The position numbers and the translations under genes are program-made. This document shows positions 1-12,650 of a stretch of 64,000 nucleotides of DNA, piece after piece (position 1 is the first letter of the stretch; the number at the start of each line of letters is the position of its first letter). Source of the stretch: Octopus bimaculoides (Eukaryota). The notes below the pieces were generated by a model. It was given only the letters and a program-made list of their open reading frames with translations. It ran no database searches and was not told the origin of the DNA. The stretch is from NCBI RefSeq assembly GCF_001194135.2, contig NC_068981.1, positions 177,911,942 through 177,975,941 of the forward strand, given 5' to 3'.

Positions 1-42
1 GTATTTTGTCCAGTGCCCAACTGATTCTGCAGCTCATTACCT

Positions 43-226
43 TTAACCAATTAGCATTCAAACTGGCCATATTCAGCCTCTCACACCTACCTTATAATAT
101 CATTCTAAAAATAAATAATTACATCATTGAAATCTCAAATCTACAAGATAAAACATGATTAACTCAAAAGAATGTGAATAAATAAGCATTACATTTGGGA
201 GAGTATTCTGAATGCTAAAGGGTTAA
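43..226. mobile_element. piggyBac-like MITE (family E), degenerate left end
   Basis: TTAA-CCAATTAGCATTCA at 43 and GAATGCTAAAGGG-TTAA at 226. The interior matches copies at 34268, 44681 and 57172. TTAA targets with CCC/GGG termini are typical of piggyBac. Confidence 0.6.
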
Positions 227-334
227 TGCTTATTTTAGCACGATTCAGAATGTGAGATTACATGACTTTATACTCTAATGCATTTTAAGTACAATTTCTG
301 CTTCTGACACTACTATTTGGGGTAAAAATAATTA

Positions 335-480
335 TTTCAAATTTTAGCACAAGGCCAGCAATTTTAAGGGGAAAGCTAAGTCAATTACATCAACCCCAGT
401 GCTCCATTGGTACTTATTTTATTGACCCCAAAAGAACAAAAGGCAAAAGCCAAATTCAGTGAAATTTGAACCCACTCATG
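335..480 (-). mobile_element. tRNA-headed SINE family B, decayed partial copy
   Basis: TTCAAATTTTAGCACAAGGCCAGC...GGTACTTATTTTATTGACCCC...GAAATTTGAAC matches the units of the 20.5-22.9 kb array. Confidence 0.65.
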
Positions 481-704
481 GTAGAAAAGAAAATAATTTC
501 CTCGATGCATAAAAAAAAAAATCTGTGTAGATTTGGGAATAAATATAGCCATTTCAAAAAATCCTCAGTTTACTGTTATGTGGATGCTGTTAACTTTGAA
601 GAGAGGCAAAGCAATTCCAGCCTTTATTAAACATAAAGAAAACCTCCCATGGTGACCCCACTAAACATAATATAACATAAAAACCCTTCAAAACAATCAA
701 TTTA

Positions 705-1048
705 GGCACAGTAGTATGGTTGTGTGGTAAGGAGTTTACTCCCCAACCACATGGTTCTGGGTTCAGTCCCATGCTTAACATCTTCGGCAAGTGTCTAAGT
801 GTTTACCAGTCACAGATCAACTAAAGCCTTGTGAGTAGATCTGGTGGACAGAAACCAAAAAAGGAGAGTCATGTGTGTGCTGGTTTGTTTACATCTCCAT
901 AACTTAGTGGTTCAATAAAAAGACACTGATAGAATAAGTACCAGGCTTAGAAAATGTAAAATAAGTACTGGGTTGGTTTGTTAGACTAAAATGATTCAAG
1001 GTTGTGCCCCTGCATAGCCATAGTCTAATGACTGAAACAAATAAAATA
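705..1048 (+). mobile_element. tRNA-headed SINE family A, decayed
   Basis: Head GTGTGGTAAG...CCAACCACATGGTTCTGGGTTCAGTCCC and tail GATAGAATAAGTAC...AATGACTGAAACAA, shared with more than 10 copies in the window. Confidence 0.7.
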
Positions 1049-1089
1049 ATATGATTGCTCCCTACATAGATATATATATAACATTGCCA

Positions 1090-1460
1090 AAACCACATCA
1101 TAAAAACCAAAATTTCACCATATTGGAATCCTGCTCACATATATGGGTCAATGTAGCTGCTATAAACACAAAGATGACCCAGACAACATCCAAAAGAAGT
1201 TCATTTAAACTGATTGGCAATGATTCAGTTACCAATACTCTTTAATCACTTTGTTCGGATAACTCCCTCTGTGTTCTCTATCACTACTACATAGCTTCTG
1301 CTCTCCCAAATTATCCACTCTGGCTCACTGATCTCTCCACCTTTGTCCCCATCCACACATTTCTGTAGGCACTGACCAACAGATGTTAAAGAAAACTGAA
1401 CCTCAACTGCATCAATCTCACCAGTTTGAGAAGGCTTGCAAAGATCATGAAGACTACTCC
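1090..1460 (+). mobile_element. CR1/L2-type LINE 3' remnant (RT C-terminus)
   Basis: Translates to ILESCSHIW...FKLIGNDSVTNTL and SLCVLYHYY, resembling LEYCSHIW...RLI and LFYRYY of CR1-group ORF2. The 3' end is homologous to 52340-52430. Confidence 0.55.
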
Positions 1461-1474
1461 TCCCTTCTATATAT

Positions 1475-1529
1475 NNNNNNNNNNNNNNNNNNNNNNNNNN
1501 NNNNNNNNNNNNNNNNNNNNNNNNNNNNN
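1475..1529. other. assembly gap (55 N)
   Basis: N run flanked by (TA)n. Confidence 0.99.
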
Positions 1530-2331
1530 ATATATATAAGTTAAACTTAGAATAATAATGTACTGATTTCTTCACTATCCTTGTCGATTCTTACTAACCT
1601 AAAAATAAGTTTCTATCAGCACCAACATGACCACAACCATAGTTATCCAAAACATGAAGCAGATCCATTTTCATTATTATTGTTAGGTGTGTATCATTTG
1701 ATTTTGGTTCTAGTAATGCCAACTGTTATGTGGAGCATCATGTATTAATATAACCAGTTCATACTACAAAGTGATCTTCACCAGTAGAGGCACCATCTGA
1801 AAGCATGTAGCAAGTAAAAAAAAAAAAAAAAAAAAAAAAACCCCAGAGAACTAAGTAGAAACTGTAAAACAAGCAGTAGTAAAAAGAGACAGGCAAGGAA
1901 AAGAAGCTAACGAGAAAGGGAGTATAATGGAAAACTGATCTTGATTATGGAAGAACATAACATACAGATGAATTGAAAAGTTAGAGATCAATAAAAAGGA
2001 GCTAGTATGCATGTATTTGTGTGTCTATATAATATAAAATTACAAAGCTAAAGAGAGAGTAATGCAAGTCAAAAACAGTGTTGGTGTTCAGTGTGTGTTG
2101 TGACCTTGCAAACAATAAAAATGCTAGGCATGGATGAATACCTGTAAAGGCTGCCCAGGCCACGTATAGATGTACTAAGAGGTTTATAAGATTGTTAATA
2201 CATTCAGTGGGCAGATTAAGATCTACAGAAATGCTGATTCCCATTCTCAGTCAACTTTCTTTTAGTCATCCTGCCATTAGAAACACTATTATAGTATTCT
2301 TTGTACTCATTCTGTCTGCTTCCCATTGTAG

Positions 2332-2432
2332 TTGAAATTGCTACAGTCCAACATGAAGAAAGAATCAGTTGGGATCCCAGAAATGGATAAAGGGAACATT
2401 GCTGTAGATAGGCAATGCATCAGGGAGTGCAG
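2332..2432 (+). CDS. candidate internal coding exon of unidentified gene A (LKLLQSNMKKESVGIPEMDKGNIAVDRQCIREC-R/S)
   Basis: Pyrimidine-rich acceptor TTCTGTCTGCTTCCCATTGTAG|, donor CAG|GTATAT, one open frame of three. The phase-2 end fits an acceptor at 4480/4481. Confidence 0.45.
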
Positions 2433-3399
2433 GTATATAGAATAAACAAACTTTCAATTGATGCAGCCCAAGCCTAGGAGCTTTGGATTTATACATGTTT
2501 TAACTTTGATTTAGGCAAATTAATCAATGCACTTTGATAACGGAATGTATAGCATTCTAGGTGTACTGCACAAAAATCATAGACCATGATAAACACATCA
2601 GAGATATGTGATGTCTAGCAGTAAAAGCAAATGCCTTCAAACAGCAAATATATGGGCAGTGCAAACTTAAAGTTTAATATAATTGGGGTATATAAATCTC
2701 TCTCTTTCTTTCTTTCTCTCTCTCTCATACACACTTTGCTTTTACCCTGTTTTCCCCATACTGAAGCTCATCAGTGATACATTGCAAAATAATTTTTACC
2801 ATGATGTCATAATAAAAAGCATTTATATTCTGCTATAAATACTCGTTACATTTAAACAAAATAGTGTGTGGTCATTAGAACTCTTTGGAAACAGCAGGAA
2901 GATATTTTGCCACTGGTTAATCTAAACTGTCATAAGAAACTGGACTTGCTTGTTTCTTACAGCATTTGGGTAATCCTTAGATGAATTTTCCAAACAGTTG
3001 CTCATCTAAGTAGTGGCCGTACATGACAACTTTACTTCAGTAACCATGCTTTCAGTCATAATTGGTTACAATAAATGATAGCTGCTTCTACACACAGAAC
3101 AAGTGCAAAGAATGTCATGCAAAGTCAACTGAAAGAATATACGTTCCTTTAAAAACAATATTTATAATTGCTTATGTGTCTATGTATACATATCTATGTG
3201 TGAGAATTCGTTTTTTAGTTTTTACTTTTTGTCAGTCTTACTGTAATGGGAAGTCCAGTAAAAGTAACAGTTAAGACTTCTAGTTACCACTAATACTACC
3301 CCACCTCTAGCATAGCATAGCATACTTTTAGACATGATATACATACTCTCCTTAGAGTTTTCTCAAAGTAACTTGTCCTAGATTTACACCCATCCACTC

Positions 3400-3900
3400 A
3401 CCTCCAAAACATCCCAAATTCTGGGTATTAGAATTTTATCTGGGTGATGGAAGAGGAGGGAAGAAAGGGAAGGGGAAATGGAGATGGTGGTGTGTAAGTG
3501 AGGGAGGGGAGCTAAACACAAACTTGATGCCTATAAAGATGATGGTGAATGCTTGAGAAAGGAAAGGAAAACGAGGGAAACTGGGGGGAAATTAATGAGT
3601 CGATAGATATGATACAAAGTTTAAGGAACAAAGAAGCATATTTTAGTTCTCAAGGAAATAAGAAGGCACTGACAGATAGAAACAAGGGAGAAGTAATCTG
3701 AAGCTGCTACTAGGATACACTAATGCAGATTTACCAGAATGGACACTGGTGGAAAGGTGTATTGAAAGCATCAAGAAAGAAATATATAAGAAGCTGTGTC
3801 TATGAAAGGGAGGCTGTTAAGTTTTGAGATAGGTGGGATACGAGAACTAAGACTTAGTGAGCCATCATCATCGGTGATATCAGAGAAGGGCTGTGTTTAT
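3400..3900 (-). mobile_element. possible Penelope-like retroelement 3' remnant
   Basis: Purine-rich + strand; the reverse complement weakly resembles the GIY-YIG C-terminal/3' region of Penelope-like elements as I recall it. No intact ORF. Confidence 0.25.
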
Positions 3901-4480
3901 TTTCCTAAACCCTTAGAATGTAGGTAAACTCCTGCCAAGCTGCATCTGTGACCTAGTTTCAATTTTCAGTTGGCAGTATTTCACTTCACTGGTTGATATT
4001 TCAATTTTAGAGTAAGATTTACAATCACAACTTCACAATTCCCTGCCCCTAAGCTTTAAATAAGGTCATTTATTGATTTCTTAAAAATGTCATTTGTAGG
4101 GAAGCAGTTCAGTCATCTGACTCAATCGTAATATATAAGTAATATTTATTCAACTGACCACCAGAGGTGTCAAATACAAAATTGATACCAGTGAGATGTG
4201 ATCTCAGATTTACCTTGTATTGTCAACTATTATGGCCAATCCAGTTTTAAGAACATAAAAAAATGGGACAAGGGATACCAGTTCAGTGGTTAACAATTAA
4301 TATTTGATATTTATTGGTAACCAATTAAATAAAATTAAATACCACAAAAAAAACAAAAAAACAAAAACTGTCTGATCACTGGACAAGTCTTGTCAAAAAT
4401 ATACTCTTTGGCTCCTAAATTCATGAAATGTCAGTTCCCTCTTTGATCACATGCTAATCAATACTACAGAGCAATACTAG

Positions 4481-4580
4481 AATGTTGCTCACATCAATTC
4501 ATGGTCAACTACATTTAAGAGCGACCAAAGAGTATTATGAACACCTACTTCGAGCGGGTATCCAAATCAAGTATCTGATG
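4481..4580 (+). CDS. candidate internal coding exon of gene A (MLLTSIHGQLHLRATKEYYEHLLRAGIQIKYLM); alternative start 4470 adds SNTR
   Basis: Strong donor ATG|GTGAGT at 4581, branch-like GCTAAT at 4453, two AG acceptors (4469, 4480), one open frame with protein-like composition. The phase-0 end matches the terminal exon. Confidence 0.55.
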
Positions 4581-5583
4581 GTGAGTGTATGTTGGTCTAC
4601 ACAAGAAATTAACAGTGTTACAAGATATCAAATACAGAGTACAGAATATCACCTATCCAACACAATGTTTATCACAGTGTCAAAGCTAACAACTGCATTC
4701 ATATAAAAGGGCTCACAGAAAAGTGTTATTCTTGAACTATGGAAAAAACTGAATCCCACTTTGTAGATAAGTATTTGAAAGATCTAGAAATAAAAATCAG
4801 AATTTTAGATCTTCATTTTACAAATTTAATTGGATCTCTGAGTTATATCACAAAAACATTAGTATAAAATAAAAGTTAAGTTGCACAAGTTAACATTAAT
4901 TATTTAATTATTAACAATTTCTCTTGAACATGTCTATAAAAGAGAAAAGGCCATTTATGTTTATGTCTATAAGCACAAAGGTTGTATGGTTAAAGTGCTG
5001 GATTACTGAGAACACCTTGACATATGATCAAATTTTACTATAACCATGTGTTGTGCTCCTATGCAAGATCCCAAACATCAGTTGGTCTAATTTACTTGAA
5101 TGAAAGACAAACTGAAAACAACTGAATAGTTTGTAGTAAGAAAGGTGCCTAGCTGTAAAAACAATTGTGGTAGCAAATAAACCTTTCTACTCATGCAGAT
5201 CTAAAGATTTTCATCTTTACTATGTTAAATCTATGCAATAAAGATGTAATAACTGATTGTATGTGACCAAATATAACTTTGATACAATACCTCAATTTAT
5301 GATGCATTTGCCACCCATATCAAATATCAGTTTCATGATCAATTTTCCTATAAAGCTATAAGCTTAACTTTTCTCAAAGTATGCTAATAGAGCTAAGACA
5401 TAAATAACAAGAACAGTTACTAAGTCATTGTTAAATAACTATTTGATAAATTGTAATATGGTTTCAATGTTCATAAATCTAGTTTGAATTTTTTTTATTA
5501 TATAGCAATAAGAGAAGCGTCCTATGCCTACAATGGGACATTATATATATATATATACATACATACACATACAATATTATTAA

Positions 5584-5624
<41 letters not shown>

Positions 5625-5848
5625 CACAGAAAGTTCCAGGTTTAGATGAAATATTTAGTATACTAGTTAGTGCATGAGACATTGCATTGAAATGACAGAT
5701 TGTAATTTAACCCTGATTAAACACGTCTTTGGTCAAACTAATCCCTCCAAACAAAACAATCATGTATGCATCATTATTCAAAGTGTTGTTCTGTTCCCAA
5801 ACAGTAGAAAGTGCATTAATTTGTTTGGATGATGGTGATATACAAATG

Positions 5849-6088
5849 AAGGCACATGGCTTAGTTGTAAATTCAATTCTAAGAGGTGTGTTCTGTCCTT
5901 GAGCAAGACACTTTATTTCATGTAGGGCCAGCCTTGTCACACCCTATGTCATGCTGCATCTCCCTGAGAACTATGTTAAGGGTACACATGTGTGGCTTGC
6001 TCAGTCACTTGCATGTTAATTTCATGAGTAGGCTATTATGTTGATTGAATCAACTGGAACCCTCATTGTAACTGACAGAGCACCAGTA
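5849..6088 (+). mobile_element. tRNA-headed SINE family C, internally deleted
   Basis: GTCCTTGAGCAAGACACTTTATTTCA core and body shared with 6290-6530; the body also matches 54931-55287. Confidence 0.7.
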
Positions 6089-6289
6089 GGGTGTGATGAT
6101 ATACAACTTGCTAGTTCAGAAGAACAGAAATCCTTAGCGTAGCAACAGGAGGAGCAATGTTTTGATGTCCGAATGGTTTTAGAATGTTAATATGTGAAAG
6201 ACTGCCAATCAGTTCAATGCTGGATGTATTTTTTAATGCACTGTGGGTTTGCAATTGTACCTTGTAAGGTTAGTATATATAGGAGCATT

Positions 6290-6530
6290 CAGTTGGTTAC
6301 AACGACAAGGGTCCCAGGTGATACAATCAACGGAACAGCTTGCTCATGAAATTAATGTGCAAGTGGCTAAGCAACCCATAAACACGTGTGCCCCTAACGT
6401 AGTTCTCAGGGAGAATCAGCATGACATAGGGTGTGACAAGGCTGGCCCTTTGAAATACAGGTACAACTCATTTTTACCAGCTGAGTGGACTGGAGCAAAG
6501 TGAAATAAAGTGTCTTGCTCAAGGACATAA
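6290..6530 (-). mobile_element. SINE family C, inverted relative to the 5849-6088 copy
   Basis: The reverse complement shares exact runs GGGCCAGCCTTGTCACACCCTATGTCATGCTG and GTCCTTGAGCAAGACACTTTATTTCA with the neighbouring copy. Confidence 0.7.
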
Positions 6531-6915
6531 GGTTAGTAAATGTTCAATGAATCAATAAAAGGCTATGTTGGAGTTAGACTAACTACCGCAAGACAGGTAA
6601 TATAAATATAATTGCTCCAGTTCATATAGTTGTATTTTAATGCTATAATCTCTGTACTAAGGCTTAATTCAATACAAAAGTGTTTATTTTAATGGTTAAA
6701 AATTTAGTAGAGATGTTAGAACATTGGATAGAACACCTTATGTTATTTATTCTGGCCCTGTGTGTTTTAGAGTTCAAATCCTGGTGAGGGTAACTTTGCC
6801 CTTCATCTTTCAGGGTCATTAAATAAAGAACCAGTTCAAAGCAGCAAATAGATATGTTATAGGTATCTGTATCTATTATGTGTATTCTGAGTTCAAATTC
6901 TACTCCCTGTCACAA

Positions 6916-6957
<42 letters not shown>

Positions 6958-8339
6958 TCCTTCAAGATCCAGCAGAAATGGTTGTAGTTTGGTAAGACTT
7001 TAAGCATGTAGTCATGTATTTTAGTGTCTCACCCTCAATGACAACATACCAGTTGGCAGGAAAGAATGCAGAGGGACCATCTTCTCTTCAGGTTTCATTA
7101 TTTTATATCACAATTGATGGACAATTTTGTTGATGGATACAGGTCTCCACTGTGTCTTTGATAGCAAAAGTAACAATGGAGCTTCTGCAACTTGATGCAG
7201 AATAAGTGTTGCAAGACACTTCTATCAAAAGGCGTTGTTGTCGTTGTCAATCTTTATATTGATGTTTACATCCTACAGTGTAAGTGACACAAACAAATGG
7301 TGGGCTTCTGCACAGTTTCCAACTGCAAAATTCTAAAAACAAGATATTAGTCAAGGTGCTATATGGTGTGTGATCAAACTTGGAATCACATGTTATAAAA
7401 TGAACTTCTAAATCAAATTGCCACATATGCACACAAGTACTATTTATTATTATACATTATTATAATTTTTTTTCTTTACTTATGTTTAAACACATGAAGG
7501 TACATGGCTGTGCACTGTGTTCTTGAGCAAAGCACTTCATTTCAAGTTGCTCCAGTCAACTCAGCTGTAAATGGCTAACCTTGTGATTGACTGCTGTTCA
7601 ATTCAGGGGTAATGTTTGCCTATGTAGCCAGTGGCATCATCTGAATGTTATAACAATGCAAAACGCAATGTGATAACCTGGTTGATACTGTTATATCGCG
7701 ATGTTTGAACACAGATATTTCAACATATAAAATATAATTGCAAACAAACAGTCGTCACTCTTTACATATTCTAAATAATCTCTTATGAGTGGACAAAGGG
7801 TTCACCCTTCTTGTGCAGAGAAGCAATGTAATCAATAGAATCAACTACAAAATCTTACTGGTACTCATTTCTAAAAAAAAAAACATGAAAAAGTAATAAA
7901 CAAAGTTAACTATAATGAAATTTGAACTCAGAATTATGAGACACTGCATGTATATATACACACATGCACTACAAAGCATCATATTCTGCATGTAAATATA
8001 TTATTTAGTTTGATAATTTGATGGGAAATACTATAACTAGCATTTTGTACATAGCATAATGTGCAATAGGGGTATCTCATGAGATTCAGCATACAACATT
8101 AATTAGAGTATATTTCAGAATCTTTTTTGCTTTGTAATTCTTACATATGGCAGGAAATAAACTATATAATAAATTAAGGAAGTGTCATAAATAGGATTAA
8201 ATATATTAATATCAATCTCTTAATTAGTAAAATTTGTCTATATGACACCTTGTTTCCATTCTGATACGCTAATGTCAGGCAGGTGTTAGTAAAAGCATTA
8301 CAAATTTCCTTCATTATAAACAGAGGCGTGCCTTTTATA

Positions 8340-8760
8340 TTCAACAAAACAGTGTCAGATATGTCTCTAAAGTAACAAATGATGTCAAGTGGAGACAGTG
8401 AAGAGTTCCTGGAGCAGTTGTTCAACTTGCTAAAATGGGTTTTGACTGTTTTTGATGCAGGAGCTATGTTTTAAGTCATAATCACAAGGAAAAAACACAA
8501 AAGAAATGATCCATAACTAAAAAGCTGCATGAAATAAGATTTGCTACAATTAACTCAATAAAGCTGACCTTTTGGGTGAAAACTAATTAGATAGCTTTTG
8601 TAAGCATTCATCAGATGAGCCATTTATTCTTGATAACCAGAGAGCATATGAATCCTTGAATCATAGTGGATTAAGTACAACACAACAAGCTGAAAGTTTG
8701 GTATTTTTTGATGTACCCAAAACAGTTGACTCTCACATGGCCCATCCAATTTAACTGAAA
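8340..8760 (+). mobile_element. highly decayed LINE RT fragment
   Basis: SDEPFILDNQ...SLVFFDVPKTVDSH resembles the RT motif DxIF.L...LVFxDxxKAFDSV; stops on both sides. Confidence 0.35.
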
Positions 8761-9636
8761 ATAGGTATTATAAGGAGTAACAACTTGCCATTCTAATTAG
8801 GAGTAACCACTGCAGAGTGGACTAGTCGTTTATAAACTTAAATTTTAAGTTGAATTCCTTCCCTGAGTAGCAAGGAGGGGTCCAAAGTACTGAGTTATTC
8901 AAGACATACTCTATAAACATGGGTTGTGCATAATTCAAACAGATAAAGGAGCTAACCATGTAATTTACATGTAAAAAAACTTTTTTTTTCTTAAAGTCAA
9001 AACATTGCACTTATTCATGGAACAGATTATGTCTTGTATTTCAGTTCAAAATGAGCATTTCTTAATGTGCTAGGCCACAATACTTCCATTTCCAAAGTGA
9101 GCATTCTGATACACCTAATATCTTTCTACCTGATAGATGTTCTCATCGTTTTAAATCACTTTTCCATGATCAGATGGAGTTTACTGAGGCACATTTTCAA
9201 CAGCTAGATGCCCTTCCTGTCACCAACCCTAATCTGTTTCCAAGTAAGGTAATATTCCCTCCTGGCTGGACAGGATTTTGCAGAATATTGGAAGCGAATG
9301 ACACTGTTTATGATAGTGAAACTCATCTACAACACGCGATGTCAGGACAAGGAGAGACAAACATCCGCTAACATATGAGCATACATACATATAACATTCA
9401 CACACACACACACACACCAGCTTTCAGTTTTCACCAGGGGCTATACTAGAAGACATTTAGCCAAGGTGCCACACAGTGGGACTGAATGCAAAACCATGTG
9501 ACTCAGAAGCAAACTTTTACACCACATAGCAATGACTGTGCCATGTTTTGTGTATGAATAACTGAATGTGAAATAAGGTTTTCTACACACAAGCTATTAC
9601 TTGTAATCTATAATCAGAACCAGGGTTTGGATCCAA

Positions 9637-9918
9637 TGACAACTGGCAGAAATTCTTTTTGAACCATCGCGATCAATCAGCTAGGTGAATTAAGATGAAG
9701 TATAATAGTGTTCTGTCTCGAAACACAACACAATGCCTACTACAGTAAGGTTTTAACCGTTTTGTTACTGTATTTATTGACAACTGGCAGAAATTCTTTT
9801 TGAACCATCGTGATCAATCAGCTAGGTGAATTAAGATGAAGTATAATAGTGTTCTGTCTCGAAACACAACACAATGCCTACTACAGTAAGGTTTTAACCC
9901 TTTTGTTACTGTATTTAT
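9637..9918. repeat. tandem direct duplication, 141-bp unit x2
   Basis: Copies start at 9637 and 9778; I count 2 mismatches (CGCGA/CGTGA, AACCGT/AACCCT). Confidence 0.95.
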
Positions 9919-10112
9919 TTCGAGATGCTCTGTGTTTCTTTCAATTATTTTAAATATAACACAGAATTTAATAAAATAACTTAGTTATCATTAAGCTAGT
10001 GTTAACATAAATTTTGACTAAGGTTTGGTGGGAGATTTTAATTCAGAACTTTTGAAAACAAAACATTTGTACTACAGAGCTAGAGCCAGTTTCAGCCGGG
10101 TTGGTAACAAAC
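9894..10112. mobile_element. piggyBac-like MITE (family F), right end truncated
   Basis: Starts TTAA-CCCTTTTGTTAC and ends in the complementary GGTAACAAA. A related copy lies at 31959-32155. Confidence 0.5.
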
Positions 10113-10119
10113 TTGTGAC

Positions 10120-10460
10120 TGAGAAGCAGGCATATCACTCATCCACCTTGCCTCTTAGCTGGCTTTGACAAAACATCATGAATACATTGTTGAAGACCTG
10201 TACAGATATCTAATACAATAGATTTGACTTAAGTCGTGTCAAACCTCACTGCAAATAATCCAAATCGGATATTTCCTTGGATGCTCATATGAACTCAATA
10301 TGAATTCATCATAAAGAGCAGGCCTTTTATAATTGATTCTGTGTTTCTTGGGTCTTATATTCAGTTCATTACCAGCTGTCAAATGAAGTTGTTAAACCAC
10401 ATCTCTTTTTCTCGTTATACTCCATATGACAACTGAATTGTTCTAATAGAGGGTCACCTT
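10120..10460 (-). mobile_element. highly decayed LINE RT fragment
   Basis: Broken frames read KGDP..., NIRPKK, and KSIVLDICTGLQQCIHDVLSK (cf. IALDISKAFDKVWH). Confidence 0.3.
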
Positions 10461-12650
10461 AAACTATGAAGGAAAGACAGAAAAAAAAAATACCCCACTC
10501 AATCAACCCAATATAATATCATCACAAATTCTGAACTATTTATAATAAAGTAGATATTTCTTGTTACTTTTACAAAATATTCAGTAACTTTAATTCACTG
10601 GAAAACTTTTCTAACATTATATTCAAGCAGCTGAATTTAGAGACACACCATTATTTTTGAACCTATAACTCAACTTTACTTATGATTTGCACAAAAACAA
10701 AACTGAAGGTATTGTTGAGCAGAATATTACTTTGGCTCAAACATGTAGAGTATACACAGATAAAGCTTTGGGATTTAAGTGACTTGAAGAAATTCTACAA
10801 GTTTCAACTCGAAATCATTTTATTATGAAGCAAGAGTTACTACTATTCTCATAAGGATGCACAAACTAAGAAAATATATACCTCTTGTATTAGTTATTAA
10901 ACAAGGATACTAATCTTATATTTTTATTCAGGCAGAATGGATTAATAAATATATAATGATTGGGAACTGTCATTGTATATGATATATATATATAACAATA
11001 TCAATTGTATTTTTAAAAATTACTTTGAAATAATGAGAAAATGAAATCTGTTATAAGCTTGTCCCTTTAATACTTCCGGACTTTCTCATTCCTCCCCTCA
11101 CATTCAGATAGTCATAATTTGAAATGGCCCTCCCACATATGCCTGATCCACTTAATGACCTGCAATATATGAAAATAAATCAATAAGCTTTAGGTTTCTT
11201 ACAACTTGTTCCTCATATGGAGTACTTTCTAAACAGCACAAGTTTCACAGCAAACTTACAAAATAAACTTTAGCTCAAATGTTCACAACAAATTTTTCAG
11301 ATAACTGTCATTCTACAATTCTCTAAACTACTACAGAAATTTGATACATACAGATTTCATTCATAAAATATAAAAACAGCACATTTTAGAATATATGAGA
11401 AGTACTGACCCTAATAAAGGTGTTAAACCCAAAGCTTATCACTGCTATTAGTTTTTGCTTTAATGAGCTTAATTAGCTAGATGCAAGCAATGATAAAATC
11501 CGATTTGTGTGTGTGTGTGTGTGTAAGAATGTGTAAATCAGGACTTAAAGCTGTTGTTGACATTTGGAGAGAAATTGAAGACAATATTTTTACCAGGGAT
11601 TTTAAGGTTTAAACCCAATGTGATTCTGACTATGTTGGAGTAACTCTAGGTTCAGAAAACGACAGTTCAGTGAACTATTGCTAAACAGAAGATAACTTAG
11701 TTTGTTTTTAAATCTTGTGTCCAAGAAGTATATTATACAAAACATGTATGAACCAGACATGAAGGGCACATTAAAATATGTTCGGTTAATTCGAGTTCGA
11801 AAAATTGGAAGTTAATGCAACTATATGTTATAGAAAGACCAGAGGTTGATTGTGGCCTGTCTTGAAAAGCAAAATCTGGTATTGTAAGGGTAAGGAGCAG
11901 AGTGGCTATATCATGAAGATGGGCCAAAGATAAAAGGTTTTCAGTAGGGAGGGTCTATTATTAGTAAAGAGGTATTTTTTCGTTATCTTAATGTAAACAA
12001 AAATTACTCAAAGAAAGAATAAAAGAAACTAATTTGATAATGGCCAAATAAATATAAACTGTATCGGGTTTCAAATCTACAAAATTCTGGCTAATGGAAT
12101 TTAACCGAAGTATGTAACTCGAAAGCAAAATAACTACAAAACTATGTACATAACCGCCAGTTTATTTAAGGATTAACTAGAAATAACCAGGAAGTAAATG
12201 GTGTAAACCTTAAGAAAACTTAGTCAAGCCGAAAACGCTAAGAGCAAAAGTGGCAAGTGAAGGGAGGTTACTAGGCAAAACTATGTAAGTTATGCTTGAG
12301 TAAAAAGGAAAAACCGGTGTTTTCAATGAACTGACATGCTCTAAAATTATTGAATATGTTAGACTAAGCTATCTTTACATGAAGACTTTTTAAAAACTTT
12401 CTTTTTAGCACATTCTAGTTTTTATTATTAAGGAAAAGTATCGGGTTAAACATCGGTTAACTCAACATACAAATGATTTCCGATTGATAAACAGCTAAGT
12501 CAATTAATTTTCAAGCATGAATTCAAATTCAGAGCAGTTCCTATTCCCAAGAAAGAACAGGAAATCTCACACTACATATATTTCTGATACATCTATTCTC
12601 TACCTGTTTTACTTTTGACAAATGATTTTTTTTTCATGTCCTCTGAACAG

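Noticed and set aside
1246-1575. 109-aa minus ORF with protein-like text (EVQFSLTSVG...EPEWIIWES)
   Set aside because: It is the antisense of the CR1-type LINE remnant on the + strand and it spans an N gap.
4530-4580. LLRAGIQI resembles AID/APOBEC (LHRAGVQI); nearby text also loosely resembles O-methyltransferase, kinase C-lobe or Mab21/cGAS helices
   Set aside because: Only short motifs match and the expected flanking or catalytic residues are absent. No family call is possible without a profile search.
8174-8460. Open minus frame of about 95 codons as a host exon
   Set aside because: Splice sites are weak, and the + strand reads better as a decayed RT fragment.
10240-10372. Minus exon-like segment GNELNIRPKK...YPIWIICSE, phase-compatible with a segment at about 12605-12720; briefly considered Zwilch-like
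   Set aside because: Flanking frames show RT-like motifs, the 12.6-kb partner overlaps the better-supported CCIL exon on the other strand, and the similarity is unconvincing.
11834-11878. Phase-0/0 45-nt candidate exon KDQRLIVACLEKQNL in gene A
   Set aside because: No polypyrimidine tract and a weak donor; not excluded, but unsupported.
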